DNA from: Candidatus Marinacidobacterales bacterium | GTDB taxonomy: Bacteria; Acidobacteriota; Vicinamibacteria; Marinacidobacterales; DATDRI01 | NCBI GenBank assembly: GCA_965219415.1 | Contig: CBDCNP010000002.1 | Span: 1,152,001 to 1,216,000, forward strand | Reading direction: 5' to 3' | DNA: 64,000 nucleotides | Notes under the pieces: generated by a model | Database searches by the model: none | What the model was told of the DNA's origin: nothing | What the model saw: only the letters and a program-made list of their open reading frames with translations | Translations under genes and position numbers: made by a program | Shown: positions 20,664-30,273 of the stretch, piece by piece | Layout: each line of letters begins with the position of its first letter | Position numbering within the stretch: the stretch's first letter is position 1

Positions 20664-21662
20664 CTATTGATCGAGGACTTGTTGGATGACTTCCAAGCCA
20701 CCGACCTGGTCGGCGTTGTTGGCGTAGACGCTTTGGACCTTTTCTTGGAAAAGCTTCTTGTCGACTTCGTAGAATTGCAGTCCCTTCTCTTGCAGCTCTT
20801 CGAAGGCGGTCGCGGTCACCGTCTCCATCGCTTGCCGCTCGGCGACAATGGAAGCGTGACCGGCTTTGAGCACCGCGGTCTGAATGTCCGGTGGCAGCCG
20901 GTCGTACTGGGCGCGGCTGAAGAGCACCGCCACCGCGAGAAACAGGTGGTTGGTGTAGGAAACGTGCTCGGTCACTTCGTAGAACTTCTCGTACAGCAGA
21001 TCGATGTGATCGCTCTCCGCCCCATCGACCACTCCTTGCTGGAGGCCGGAGTAGAGCTCACCGAAGGACATCGGGGTAGCCTGCGCTCCCAGCGCGTTGA
21101 AGGTCTCGACCAGGACCGGGCTCGACATGACCCGAATCTTGAGCCCCGCGAAATCGTCCGGCACCAGGATGGGTCTCTTCGCATTCCAGACATTCCTGAC
21201 CCCGGAGAACCAGTACCCCAGCATGATGCAATTGAGGGCTTTTTCGGTGGCCAAGCCGACCCGCTGGCCGATGGGGCCGTCGACAACGCGGTAGAAATGC
21301 TCCAGATCGCGGAAGAGGAACGGAAAATTGAACAACTCCGCCTCGGGAACGAAGGGCGCCAGCCCCCCGCCGGCGCTGGCCGCCGTGGCCGCGATCGTGC
21401 CCACCTTCACCATTTGGCTGGTCTGCTCCTCGGTGCCCAGCTGCTCGGCGGGAAAGATCTGCACCTCGACGCGCCCGTTGGTCTCTGTCTCGAGAACCTC
21501 CTTGAACTTCTCGTATCCGACATTGTAGGGATGGAGGGCGCTCCCGTTGTGGGCAACTCGCAGAACGATCTTTTCACCGGCATCGGTATCGCCAGACTTA
21601 CCTTGGCAGTAGATTGCGGTAAACGCCAGAAGAACAACAAGTAGGACTTTCTCAAAACTCAT
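20664..21662 (-). CDS. dctP: TRAP transporter substrate-binding protein
   Basis: TNGRVEVQIFP.EQLG, GLKIRVM, PMSFGELYSGLQQGVVDG; lipobox-like AIYC. Confidence 0.92.
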   Translation of the reverse strand: MSFEKVLLVVLLAFTAIYCQGKSGDTDAGEKIVLRVAHNGSALHPYNVGYEKFKEVLETETNGRVEVQIFPAEQLGTEEQTSQMVKVGTIAATAASAGGGLAPFVPEAELFNFPFLFRDLEHFYRVVDGPIGQRVGLATEKALNCIMLGYWFSGVRNVWNAKRPILVPDDFAGLKIRVMSSPVLVETFNALGAQATPMSFGELYSGLQQGVVDGAESDHIDLLYEKFYEVTEHVSYTNHLFLAVAVLFSRAQYDRLPPDIQTAVLKAGHASIVAERQAMETVTATAFEELQEKGLQFYEVDKKLFQEKVQSVYANNADQVGGLEVIQQVLDQ

Positions 21663-21794
21663 AGAATCGCTCTCATCATCACTCGCTGGGCTCGATGGCG
21701 AGCGTATGCGGAGACGCATTCTATCCCGACCGCTGTAGGATTGTGCTAGTCTTCTCCCGCGAACCGACTATCTTTCGAACCCCCAGGAGGCAAG

Positions 21795-22550
21795 ATGTCC
21801 AACGCGAGCGAAGAAAAAGTCATCCTGATTACTGGTTCTTCTAGTGGCCTAGGAGCCGCGCTCATCGAGAACTTCGCCAAAAAAGGCTACGGAGTCGTCA
21901 TCAACTACATCATCGAAGACCAGGCGCAAGCGTTCTACGACAAAATGGCCAAGGAAATCGATGAATCGAAGCTGATGAAGTACAAGGCCAACGTGGCTGA
22001 CCGCGGACAAGTAAAGGCTATGTTCGACGCGGTCATCGAAAAGTTCGGCCGAATCGACATTCTCGTCAATACGGCTGGCATCAACCGCGACGCACCGTTT
22101 CTAGAGTTGACGGACGCCAACTGGGACGCCGTGCTCAACGCCCACCTGAAAGGCCACTTCGTCTGTGGCCAAGAGTACGCGTTTCATAACACCGATCGGG
22201 AAGGGACGATCATCAACGTGGGGGCGGCGTGCGGGTTCGCAGGCAGAAAAGACGGGGCGAACTTCTGTAGCGCCAAGGGTGGCATCCTCGCCTTGACCAA
22301 GTGCATGGCGCGGGAGCTGGCTCCCCGGATTCGAGTGAATGCTCTCGTCCCGGGATCGGTCAAGACGCGAGAAGTCATCGAACGTTACAACCTGGAGACG
22401 AAGGAGGGCCTCGAGAAAGAACTGGCTACCCTGCCGATAGGCCGTTTGGGCGAGTTCGAGGACATTATCAAGATGGTGGAGTGCATGATCGATGCCGAGT
22501 ACACAACCGGGTCTACCTTCTTCGCCAACGGCGGGCAATTCATGCACTAG
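21795..22550 (+). CDS. SDR-family oxidoreductase with atypical active site
   Basis: TGSSSGLG, NTAG, IRVNALVPG, NGG; YxxxK appears as FCSAK. Confidence 0.85.
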   Translation: MSNASEEKVILITGSSSGLGAALIENFAKKGYGVVINYIIEDQAQAFYDKMAKEIDESKLMKYKANVADRGQVKAMFDAVIEKFGRIDILVNTAGINRDAPFLELTDANWDAVLNAHLKGHFVCGQEYAFHNTDREGTIINVGAACGFAGRKDGANFCSAKGGILALTKCMARELAPRIRVNALVPGSVKTREVIERYNLETKEGLEKELATLPIGRLGEFEDIIKMVECMIDAEYTTGSTFFANGGQFMH

Positions 22551-22556
22551 CAGGCT

Positions 22557-22585
22557 GTACCAACGAAGTTGGTACCACCTTTTTT
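22557..22585 (+). terminator. Putative intrinsic terminator after SDR gene
   Basis: gtaccaac-gaa-gttggtac 8-bp stem followed by cacctttttt. Confidence 0.5.
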
Positions 22586-22586
22586 A

Positions 22587-22704
22587 CCTCTCCCCCGACC
22601 GCGGGGGAGAGGTCGTCCGCCGCAGGCGGGCGGGTGAGGGGGCATTTGAAGACGGCTTCTCTCCGTTACTCCCTCTCCCTCAGGGAGAGGGCCGGGGTGA
22701 GGGT
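22587..22704. repeat. Two REP-like palindromic elements
   Basis: cctctccccc..gggggagagg..gggtgagggg and ccctctccct-cagggagaggg-ccggggtgagggt; same family as 44446-44480. Confidence 0.8.
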
Positions 22705-22769
22705 GGTCGTGGATAGCGGCGATGAAGTCCAGTATCGATTTCATTGTTACAGTCCACTAGGAGGTTGAC

Positions 22770-24173
22770 ATGAAAGAGCTAAGAATCGCGGCATTCGCGA
22801 TGGCGGCGGCACTAATCCTTCTTCCAGGAAGCAGTCGAGGGCAAGGCGGCGCGACCAAGACCGTCTTGACCAACGCCAACGTCATCGACGGTAACGGTGG
22901 GCCGGTCATGGAGAATATGACGGTTACTCTATCCGGCAGAGAGATCGAGTCCATTCGCAGCGGGGCTTACCGTTCTTCAGGAGGCAGCGGGGGCGACGTG
23001 CGGGTCGTCGATCTGGACGGCGCGTACATTCTGCCGGGCTTTTGGAACATGCACACCCATTTGACCGCTCTCCTTCCCTACAACCACGCCATGGACGACG
23101 AGACGGTTCCATCTAAGACCATACGGGCCGGTTTGAACGCCATGGACGGTCTCCGCCACGGATTCACCGCCTTACGTTCGGTCGGCGAAGAAGACTATAT
23201 CGACGTGGCTTGGCAAGAAGCGTTCGATCACGGCTTCTTCTTCGGGCCCCGTATTTTCGCCAGCGGAATGTCCGTATCTCCCACCGCCGGCCATCGCGGC
23301 GGCGTGCGCGACGGGGCGGACGGTGTGGCAGAGATCAGGAAGGCGGTACGCTCGCGTATCACGAACGGCGTCAGCGTGATCAAGATCGTCAACGTGGAGA
23401 TGCTTCCCGACGAGCTCGAAGCCGTCGTCGAAACCGCACACAGCTTCGGCATCCATGTGACCGCCCACTCCAGAGAACCGAAAGTCTACGAGGCCGTTGC
23501 CGCCGGCGTGGACTGTGTCGAGCACGGATACGGATTGACAGACGAGACGATTGCCCTGATGGTCGAAAAAGGGACCTTCTACGACCCGACGATCATCTGT
23601 AATTTGGACGACCGTTACATCAAGGAGCGGGAGGAGCGGCTGGCCAAGCTAGGTTACTCCGAGGATGAGCAGGCTGTGAGAGTGCGCACTGCCGTCGCCT
23701 ATGCCGATGAACGATCCCCCGAACATGCCCAGTATCAGAGACAAGCGCTCAAGAAAGCCGCAGACGCGGGTGTGAAACTCCTAATTGGCTCCGATTCCAT
23801 GCCCATTGGCGAGATAGGCGTCCTGGAAATGGAGCAGTTCGTCCTATCCGGTGTGAGCGAGATGGACACCATTATCGCAGCGACCCGGAACGGTGCGGAC
23901 ATGTTGGGACTTCTGGACAGACTGGGGACCGTCGAGGAAGGCAAACTGGCGGATCTCGTCGTCGTTGCCGATAATCCCCTAGACAACATCTCCAATATCC
24001 GGAAGGTGAAGATGGTCTTCAAGGACGGGATTTCGGTGGATCTAGAGCAGCCTTTGGGCTCGACGCCTTATTGGGACTACTTCGAGATGACCGGATTCGA
24101 CAAAGGATATTTGGGAGCGGCCGAAAAAGACGCCGGTTTCAACAGAGGCAAAACAGAGCCCGAAACGCAATAG
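22770..24173 (+). CDS. Secreted amidohydrolase (Xaa-Pro dipeptidase/imidazolonepropionase-like)
   Basis: Signal peptide; PGFWNMHTH, TAH, VEHG, GSD, GKLADLVV. Confidence 0.85.
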   Translation: MKELRIAAFAMAAALILLPGSSRGQGGATKTVLTNANVIDGNGGPVMENMTVTLSGREIESIRSGAYRSSGGSGGDVRVVDLDGAYILPGFWNMHTHLTALLPYNHAMDDETVPSKTIRAGLNAMDGLRHGFTALRSVGEEDYIDVAWQEAFDHGFFFGPRIFASGMSVSPTAGHRGGVRDGADGVAEIRKAVRSRITNGVSVIKIVNVEMLPDELEAVVETAHSFGIHVTAHSREPKVYEAVAAGVDCVEHGYGLTDETIALMVEKGTFYDPTIICNLDDRYIKEREERLAKLGYSEDEQAVRVRTAVAYADERSPEHAQYQRQALKKAADAGVKLLIGSDSMPIGEIGVLEMEQFVLSGVSEMDTIIAATRNGADMLGLLDRLGTVEEGKLADLVVVADNPLDNISNIRKVKMVFKDGISVDLEQPLGSTPYWDYFEMTGFDKGYLGAAEKDAGFNRGKTEPETQ

Positions 24174-24262
24174 CGGGTCGACCGCTGCCGCCGACGGCTA
24201 CTGGTACACTCCCCATCTCGGAACGGAAACAGAGGAAAACCGACTCATGCCCTCGGGTAAAG

Positions 24263-25798
24263 TCATGCTGTACTAATATGTTCCGCCAATCTAACGGCCA
24301 GCGCTGATACCGTTAACGTCGGGTTCGCTGCTGCAATACTGGGGAAAACAGCGTTCGAACATACATAGAGATTATCCGTGCCGTGAACCTGTAGATTGGG
24401 ATTGACGACACCGTCTACATCGGAACTGCTCATGCGGCAGGTTGACGATGCATGGGCTCCGTCAGGATCTCGAACGTCGCCTTCGATACTGTCTTCTTTG
24501 CACCCTGCGGTTTTTAGTATCTCAACAAGCGTCTGCACGTGTTCCTGTCGAGTTTTTATATTGATTTCGTGAACGTCAACCTCTATTTTTGTAGTGGGAA
24601 GGCCATGTCTCGTTGTACCGCTTCCCAAGCTCACTCGATTCTCCGGGCTTTCAAATTGCTCCATCTCACCGCCCAATGAGATTCTCACCTCAGAAATCAT
24701 TCTTGCATCCATATCAGCCCGCGACACATTTGAAAGGATTTGCCTTTCCAGAGAAGAGTTTGAGCCGACACCCCCAGAAAACCACATTTTGCCTTTGTGC
24801 TGATATTCCGGTGAATCAAAATGTCGGCTGATCAGAGAGGAAAAGCCGAGTTCCTCATGGAGTTTGTCCGAGTTTCCTGGCCGAACACCCGAGGCGTCCA
24901 TCACTGGATGGCCGATCAAATGCCGGCCGACATGCCCTGAGTCGTTGCCAATACCGTCGGTCCAGTCCTTGTTGGCAGAGGAAAGCAGAAGTTTCGCGGA
25001 TTCGATTGTGCCACTGCAAACGATAACTACATCGGCTTCCATTGAGTCAGGAGTACCCGTCTTAAGGTTTAGAAAGCTGACGCCTCGGGTACGCTTTTTC
25101 CCATCCATTAATATTTTTGTGACTGGCGATTCTGTTTTCAGGGTCAGCTTGTCGTCATATTCGTCTTGCAGTTGTGCCAAATCGTAGAGAGCCGTATATC
25201 GGGCATTCACAGGGCAATAATTGCAGGTTCCTGTCGTAATACAGCGATTGCCGTCCCTGGCTATCGACATATGCCCGTAGGATATGTCATGGCTTTTGAG
25301 GGCCTCGATGATCAGCACGTCACCCAAGGTAAAAGCGGTTGGTGGGAATGGGTATTTCGCACCATACCGTGGTGGATCATCATTCTCTGAATCACCCGTA
25401 ATGCCCAGTAGAATCTCGGCCTTCGCATAATAGGGCGCCATATCGTCATAATTGATTGGCCAGTCGACCCCGAAACCAGTGCGGGACTTTAGTTCAAAGT
25501 CTTCAGGCTTAAAGCGTGGCGTCAGACCGCCCCAGTGATTGGTCGTGCCGCCTTTCACAAAAAGCCTTGAGCCACGTAGTCCGAAGTGTTCGTTCTCGGT
25601 TCTCGGATCATCCACGAACTCTCTGTAGAGATAGTCGTTGTCGGCCATTACTTGATCAAGCCATATTCGATAATCGCCAGGCTTGAAGTCGGGACCTGCC
25701 TCAAAAACAGTGATCTGATAGTCGTTCTCAGTTTTGAGTAACTGCCTTGCCAATGTCGCACCGGCCACGCCGGAGCCAACGATGATGATGGACTTCAT
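24263..25798 (-). CDS. GMC-family FAD oxidoreductase
   Basis: IIVGSGVAG, GGTTNHWGG, CxxxGxCxxCP, HASSTCRM, NPTLT. Confidence 0.88.
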   Translation of the reverse strand: MKSIIIVGSGVAGATLARQLLKTENDYQITVFEAGPDFKPGDYRIWLDQVMADNDYLYREFVDDPRTENEHFGLRGSRLFVKGGTTNHWGGLTPRFKPEDFELKSRTGFGVDWPINYDDMAPYYAKAEILLGITGDSENDDPPRYGAKYPFPPTAFTLGDVLIIEALKSHDISYGHMSIARDGNRCITTGTCNYCPVNARYTALYDLAQLQDEYDDKLTLKTESPVTKILMDGKKRTRGVSFLNLKTGTPDSMEADVVIVCSGTIESAKLLLSSANKDWTDGIGNDSGHVGRHLIGHPVMDASGVRPGNSDKLHEELGFSSLISRHFDSPEYQHKGKMWFSGGVGSNSSLERQILSNVSRADMDARMISEVRISLGGEMEQFESPENRVSLGSGTTRHGLPTTKIEVDVHEINIKTRQEHVQTLVEILKTAGCKEDSIEGDVRDPDGAHASSTCRMSSSDVDGVVNPNLQVHGTDNLYVCSNAVFPSIAAANPTLTVSALAVRLAEHISTA

Positions 25799-25902
25799 GC
25801 TAGACGGCTCCTCTCCTGTAACTGTCGGGGGCCGTGAACGAACCACCAAAATAGCCGCTGTAGTTCCATAGCCCGAAACTCCTTATCGGAGTAGCCTTTT
25901 TC

Positions 25903-27269
25903 GGATGTGTCCCGAGGTCCGTGGAAAAAGAACGGCGCCCTCCACTCCGTCATCAGAGTATCGTATCAGGCGGCAACCTCCGCGTGTTCGAGAACCTCGC
26001 TCAGACGTTGGTAGCCGTCGATGCGTCGTAGTTGAATCTGGCCAGAGGCGATAAGCCCAAACAGCAAAGCGACCGCAGACTCCTCGCTGGAGAACGACGC
26101 TTGGGTTTTCGTCCGGCGTCGAAACTCGCGGTTGAGATTCTCCAGAGCTTTGGTCGTTCGAATCGATTTCCACATGGCACGAGGGAATCCGTAGAAGGTC
26201 AGCAGCTGATTACCGGCCTCCTCTAGGCTTCGGACGACGGCCGGCGCGAGAGGCGTCCACTTGGCGACGAGCTCGTCATAGGCTTTGCGAGCATCGAACC
26301 CGTTCTTGGCGTAGACGATCCGGTTGTAGTCACGCCGGAGCTCACGGCGTGCGTGCGCCGGGCAATGTTGGAGCAAGTTGGCGCGCTTGTGCTCGGTACA
26401 TCGCTGCAACCGGCACCCCGGCCACTTCTCCAGCGCTTTCGTCAGCCCCTTGTGGCCGTCGCTGATCACTAGCTTGGGAGCCCGGAGTCCTCGAGCCTGG
26501 AGTCCCTCCAGCACGGAGCCCCAATGCGTCGAGGCTTCGCTCACCGCCAGACGCAATGACAACAGACGTTTGTGCCCGTCTGGCGCGACCCCGAGCGCGA
26601 CCCGTACGGGTACGCTGATCACACGTTTCGCCATCCGCACTTTCAGGTGGAAGCCGTCCAGGTAAACGATCGCGTAGACCTCCTCGCTGAGAGCACGGTT
26701 CTGCCATTCCTCGAAGCGCTCCTTCAGCCGGCTAACCACGCGAGACACCGCGCTCTTCGATAGGTGCTCCTCACCGAGCAGTGGTTTCAGCGCTTTGCGG
26801 ACCCGGCGGCTATTCGCGCCCGACAAGTACGTCCCCAAGAGCGCCTCGTCGACCTCACGAGTCCGGCGCGCGTACCGGGGCAACAGCTCGCTCCTGAACT
26901 CTGTCGTTTCTCCCGTTTCCTCGTCTCGCACGCGGGCTCGTGGCACCCGGAGCTCGCGAGTTCCCACCGACGTCGTCACGCGACGGGTTTCGGCTCCGTT
27001 GCGATATCCACGGCGGTCTTCCGCACGCTCGTAGCTACAACACCTCAGCGCTTGGTCGACTTCTTCCTCAAGCACAACCTCGATCGCCTCCAGTACCCGC
27101 TTACGCAGCCGAAGTTGGACGAACTCCCGGTACTCGCTTACAGACTCCTTCGATATGGTGGTAGGCTTCTTCATGGCGTAATCCTCCTCCTCGCCTTTCC
27201 AGGCGCGGTTTCGTTTTGCTTAACCGGAGGTTACGCCATTCTTATTTCCACGGGAAGCGGGACGGATCC
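25903..27269 (-). mobile_element. IS256-family element 1 (no target-site duplication)
   Basis: Imperfect terminal IRs ggatgtgtcccgaggtccgtggaaa-aagaacggcg and ggatccgtcccgcttcccgtggaaataagaatggcg (reverse complement of right end); flanks differ. Confidence 0.85.
25966..27174 (-). CDS. IS256-family transposase
   Basis: YRNG, YLDG, ISDGHKGL, QRCTEH, IRTT.ALENLNREFRRRT. Confidence 0.93.
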   Translation of the reverse strand: MKKPTTISKESVSEYREFVQLRLRKRVLEAIEVVLEEEVDQALRCCSYERAEDRRGYRNGAETRRVTTSVGTRELRVPRARVRDEETGETTEFRSELLPRYARRTREVDEALLGTYLSGANSRRVRKALKPLLGEEHLSKSAVSRVVSRLKERFEEWQNRALSEEVYAIVYLDGFHLKVRMAKRVISVPVRVALGVAPDGHKRLLSLRLAVSEASTHWGSVLEGLQARGLRAPKLVISDGHKGLTKALEKWPGCRLQRCTEHKRANLLQHCPAHARRELRRDYNRIVYAKNGFDARKAYDELVAKWTPLAPAVVRSLEEAGNQLLTFYGFPRAMWKSIRTTKALENLNREFRRRTKTQASFSSEESAVALLFGLIASGQIQLRRIDGYQRLSEVLEHAEVAA

Positions 27270-27270
27270 C

Positions 27271-27501
27271 ATGTTTCCGCAACCATGTGGGTTGGTTTGC
27301 CATTGGGTGCCATGACCTTCGTGTACCGGTCGAAGTACTTGAACACTTCATCAACGTGTTCCGGTATGGGCACAATCTATTCTCCGACTGCGAAGTATCA
27401 ATATCAGGAAGCACCGGGTTGCTTAGGGCTATCTTCAGAACAAGGCCCACGACCACTAGTGCGATTACCAGTAATATCCGTAGTACTACCTTCTTGATCA
27501 C
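27271..27501 (-). pseudogene. 5' remnant of a paralog of the 35740 zincin-like protein, truncated by IS256
   Basis: LPDIDTSQSEN/IVPIPEHVDEVFKYFDRYTKVMAPNGKPTH (one frameshift) versus LPDIDISGSENGIVPLPDDVDDVFKVFDRYTKVVAPNGKPIH. Confidence 0.82.
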
Positions 27502-27512
27502 GATGTCCCTAA

Positions 27513-28718
27513 TCAACCGGCGTCCACGATTGCCCTGATTTTCTGGAGGTCTTTGTGGCAACTCGGGATGTCGCTACGATCGGCCGCCTGGCGAAGATCA
27601 CGAAGTTTCTCCAGCGCGCTCACCACGACTGGCAGCGGCGGACCGCTGGCGGTAATGCCCTCGAGATTCTGCTCGGGAAGCGTCTTCGCCGGTTGTTCGA
27701 TGAATTTCTTCACGAGCTGGTCATGGTGTTGTGCCGCAGCCGCACCGTGCGCATCGCAGACTCTGAGGAAAACGGCGGCGTTTTTCCTGAACCACGTGCT
27801 CGCGCCCGACACGTCCGCCTGCTCCAGCAGGCTGTCCAACAAACTTTGCTGCCGCATGGCATCTCGAAGCCGTTTCTGGTCTTCCGGCATAATGTACAAA
27901 AATTTATCAACCAGCAGCTGGGAATAGGAGGAATGGTCTGCTTGGCACAGGCCGAGCAACAAATCGATTTCATTGATGCCCGCGAAATCTCCGGCATTGG
28001 CGCCACGGTATTCGTGGAGACCCACGCGGTACGGTTTGTAGTACGGTCGTACGCAATAGAAGAACCGATCGGTGTCGAGATTCTGATGCAGCTCTTCATT
28101 GGAGCGCGCGACATCGTGAAGCGCCTGCTCCGCGGTAAGTAGCAGTTCATGCGCGAGGGGGTGCGAGATGCCCATGGGCGGGATCCGCACCAACGCATCC
28201 GCCGCACGTTTGTAAGCTAAAACACCTCTTCCGTTGTATTCGAGAAACAGATACTCCGACTCCAAACTAGTGAAGCTCTTGTAAACGCCATCAATGGCCC
28301 GATTATGCGTGACCAGATGGCTGGTAGCGAACCTCGGCGCAACCCCGAGCGATGCACCCAGCTGAAGTGCGAGCGCCGAGGCCTCGATGAGCGGCGAGGA
28401 TCTCTCGCGAGACGGTTCGGTGATCTCATGACGACGACAGCCACCCATGTAGATACCCACGTTGCCGAGGAGATCGAAACCCCGCTCGAAGCCTTCGTCG
28501 GTGTTGCCCTCGTTTAGCAACCGGACGATGAAATTTCGGCCCTCGGCAACCAGCTCTTCCTTGAGGGCATTGCCAATTCCGTCCACCGATGCGCGGTTCG
28601 ACTGCGCAAAATACAGCTCTTCGAGCTCGGTATTGAGCTCGACGAATCGGGTCCGAATCCATTCATCGAATGCACGGACATTTTCTGTCAGTGGCCTGCG
28701 CTTGTAGCTGTCGGACAT
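27513..28718 (-). CDS. PrnB-family (monodechloroaminopyrrolnitrin synthase-like, DUF1864) heme enzyme
   Basis: FDEWIR.RFVELNT.LE, GNTDEGF, VRPYYKP, YRGANAGDFAGIN.ID, TASGPPL. Confidence 0.8.
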   Translation of the reverse strand: MSDSYKRRPLTENVRAFDEWIRTRFVELNTELEELYFAQSNRASVDGIGNALKEELVAEGRNFIVRLLNEGNTDEGFERGFDLLGNVGIYMGGCRRHEITEPSRERSSPLIEASALALQLGASLGVAPRFATSHLVTHNRAIDGVYKSFTSLESEYLFLEYNGRGVLAYKRAADALVRIPPMGISHPLAHELLLTAEQALHDVARSNEELHQNLDTDRFFYCVRPYYKPYRVGLHEYRGANAGDFAGINEIDLLLGLCQADHSSYSQLLVDKFLYIMPEDQKRLRDAMRQQSLLDSLLEQADVSGASTWFRKNAAVFLRVCDAHGAAAAQHHDQLVKKFIEQPAKTLPEQNLEGITASGPPLPVVVSALEKLRDLRQAADRSDIPSCHKDLQKIRAIVDAG

Positions 28719-28845
28719 GATTTCCTTACCTCGGCCGGCCCGGCAGAAACCAAGAGTTCAACATTCCCAACGATCCTATCCTAAATAGCCGCGATCCACA
28801 GACTCGGGACGCTTTGCGGTATCGGAAAAACGCCCATTCGAAGTC

Positions 28846-30165
28846 CTAGTCGAAGCGACGGCGATCGCGGACGATCCGGCTGAAACCGCCGCTCGAGCCG
28901 GTGAACCGTGGATTTACGATATTGTTGAAGATCGAGCCGAACGTATAACTAACGCCCAAGCCAAGAAAGTAGCGGAAGTCGGTCTCCAAGGCGCGCCTCT
29001 GCAACAGGATCTCTTCGTCGGTCGTTCCCCCCTTGGGCAAGAAGATCTGGTCTCGCACCAAGGCAAGATCGCCAAAAATGTCCAGCGAGAGACCCCTTAC
29101 GATCCGCCATTCGATATTGCCGCGGAAAGTGACGCGATACTTACTCGCATCGTTGAGGAAGTGAGATGCCTCGACATCAAAACCGGCCTGCCCCCAGGGT
29201 TGGTTCAGATCTAGCGAGGCCATCACTCCTTGGTCGGCGAGGGTCTCTTCGGTCTTTTCGAAGATCGTCTCTTCCTCGTAGTTGAGAAAGTTCACACCGG
29301 CAAAATAAGTAAAGGTCATCAGCCGCTGGGAGGACTCTGAAAACGGAAAGATGTCGTATTGGATCGCACCTGAGTAGCGGGTGGATGGATCGAGGTTGGA
29401 AAAGGTCGACGCCGCCAGCGCGAAACCGGCCCCCAAACCCCAGCGCTCGCCTAGACTCTTTACCACCTGGCCGCCAAGGCCGATCTCACGGGTCCTATTG
29501 TTGAAGGTCTCGCCGTCGTCGAACTCAAAGTTGTCCTCTTCGAATTCTCCGTCGAGCCCGATGGCGATCTTCCACGCGTCGGTAACCCGGTTGGCTGTCA
29601 CCGAGCCTTCGACCGATGTGAAATCCTGGCGCGACTCGCCGCTGAGACGGGCGTTCGTTCCCAGGCGGAAGACCCAAAAATTCCAGCGGTCGTCTCCGGG
29701 TCCCGCCATGGGCTGCTCACCGTCAGCAGGCGGCGTGAACTCCAGCTCGATAAGCTCCGCGAGGGGTGTCTGTGCGACGTACCGCATCAGACCCAGGGCG
29801 AAAATCTTGGCAAAGCCCTGCCGCCGCTCGTCGTCGGTATCGGTGCCTGACGAGGCGAAGAGGAGGACGTGGTCGTCGCCCTCGAACTCTTCGACGCCGA
29901 TAAAGTCGAGCGTAAACTCGCGTCCCCGACTTCCCGTCCGCCGGAGCGTCACCAGCACGTGGACTTGGGCGTCACGTCGATCTCGCACGTAGTTGACGAA
30001 GTCCACTTCCCGGCGCAGGTAGTCGAAATCGCAACCTCGATCGCAGTCCAGGAAGACCCTGAGCGCGAGCTCGTGTTGCCGCGCGCTACCCAACGCCGTT
30101 TCCTGGGCAAGGGCCGGAGAGCGCCCGCACAGGACGACCAGGATCCACAGTAGGCTGCGCTTCAT
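28846..30165 (-). CDS. Exported hypothetical protein, probable outer-membrane beta-barrel
   Basis: Signal peptide; VFLDC..CD, YVRDR.DA.VHVL, WNFWVF, alternating beta-strands, YTFGSIFNNIVNPRF. Confidence 0.65.
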   Translation of the reverse strand: MKRSLLWILVVLCGRSPALAQETALGSARQHELALRVFLDCDRGCDFDYLRREVDFVNYVRDRRDAQVHVLVTLRRTGSRGREFTLDFIGVEEFEGDDHVLLFASSGTDTDDERRQGFAKIFALGLMRYVAQTPLAELIELEFTPPADGEQPMAGPGDDRWNFWVFRLGTNARLSGESRQDFTSVEGSVTANRVTDAWKIAIGLDGEFEEDNFEFDDGETFNNRTREIGLGGQVVKSLGERWGLGAGFALAASTFSNLDPSTRYSGAIQYDIFPFSESSQRLMTFTYFAGVNFLNYEEETIFEKTEETLADQGVMASLDLNQPWGQAGFDVEASHFLNDASKYRVTFRGNIEWRIVRGLSLDIFGDLALVRDQIFLPKGGTTDEEILLQRRALETDFRYFLGLGVSYTFGSIFNNIVNPRFTGSSGGFSRIVRDRRRFD

Positions 30166-30273
30166 GCTATGGAAAGGCAGGGAGAATCCGTTTGAGGGGC
30201 GCGCTGACTGCTCAGTGTGCGAGGGAGAGCAGCCGCACCGCCTTTGGCCCGTGCACCCGGGGCACGATTCCCT

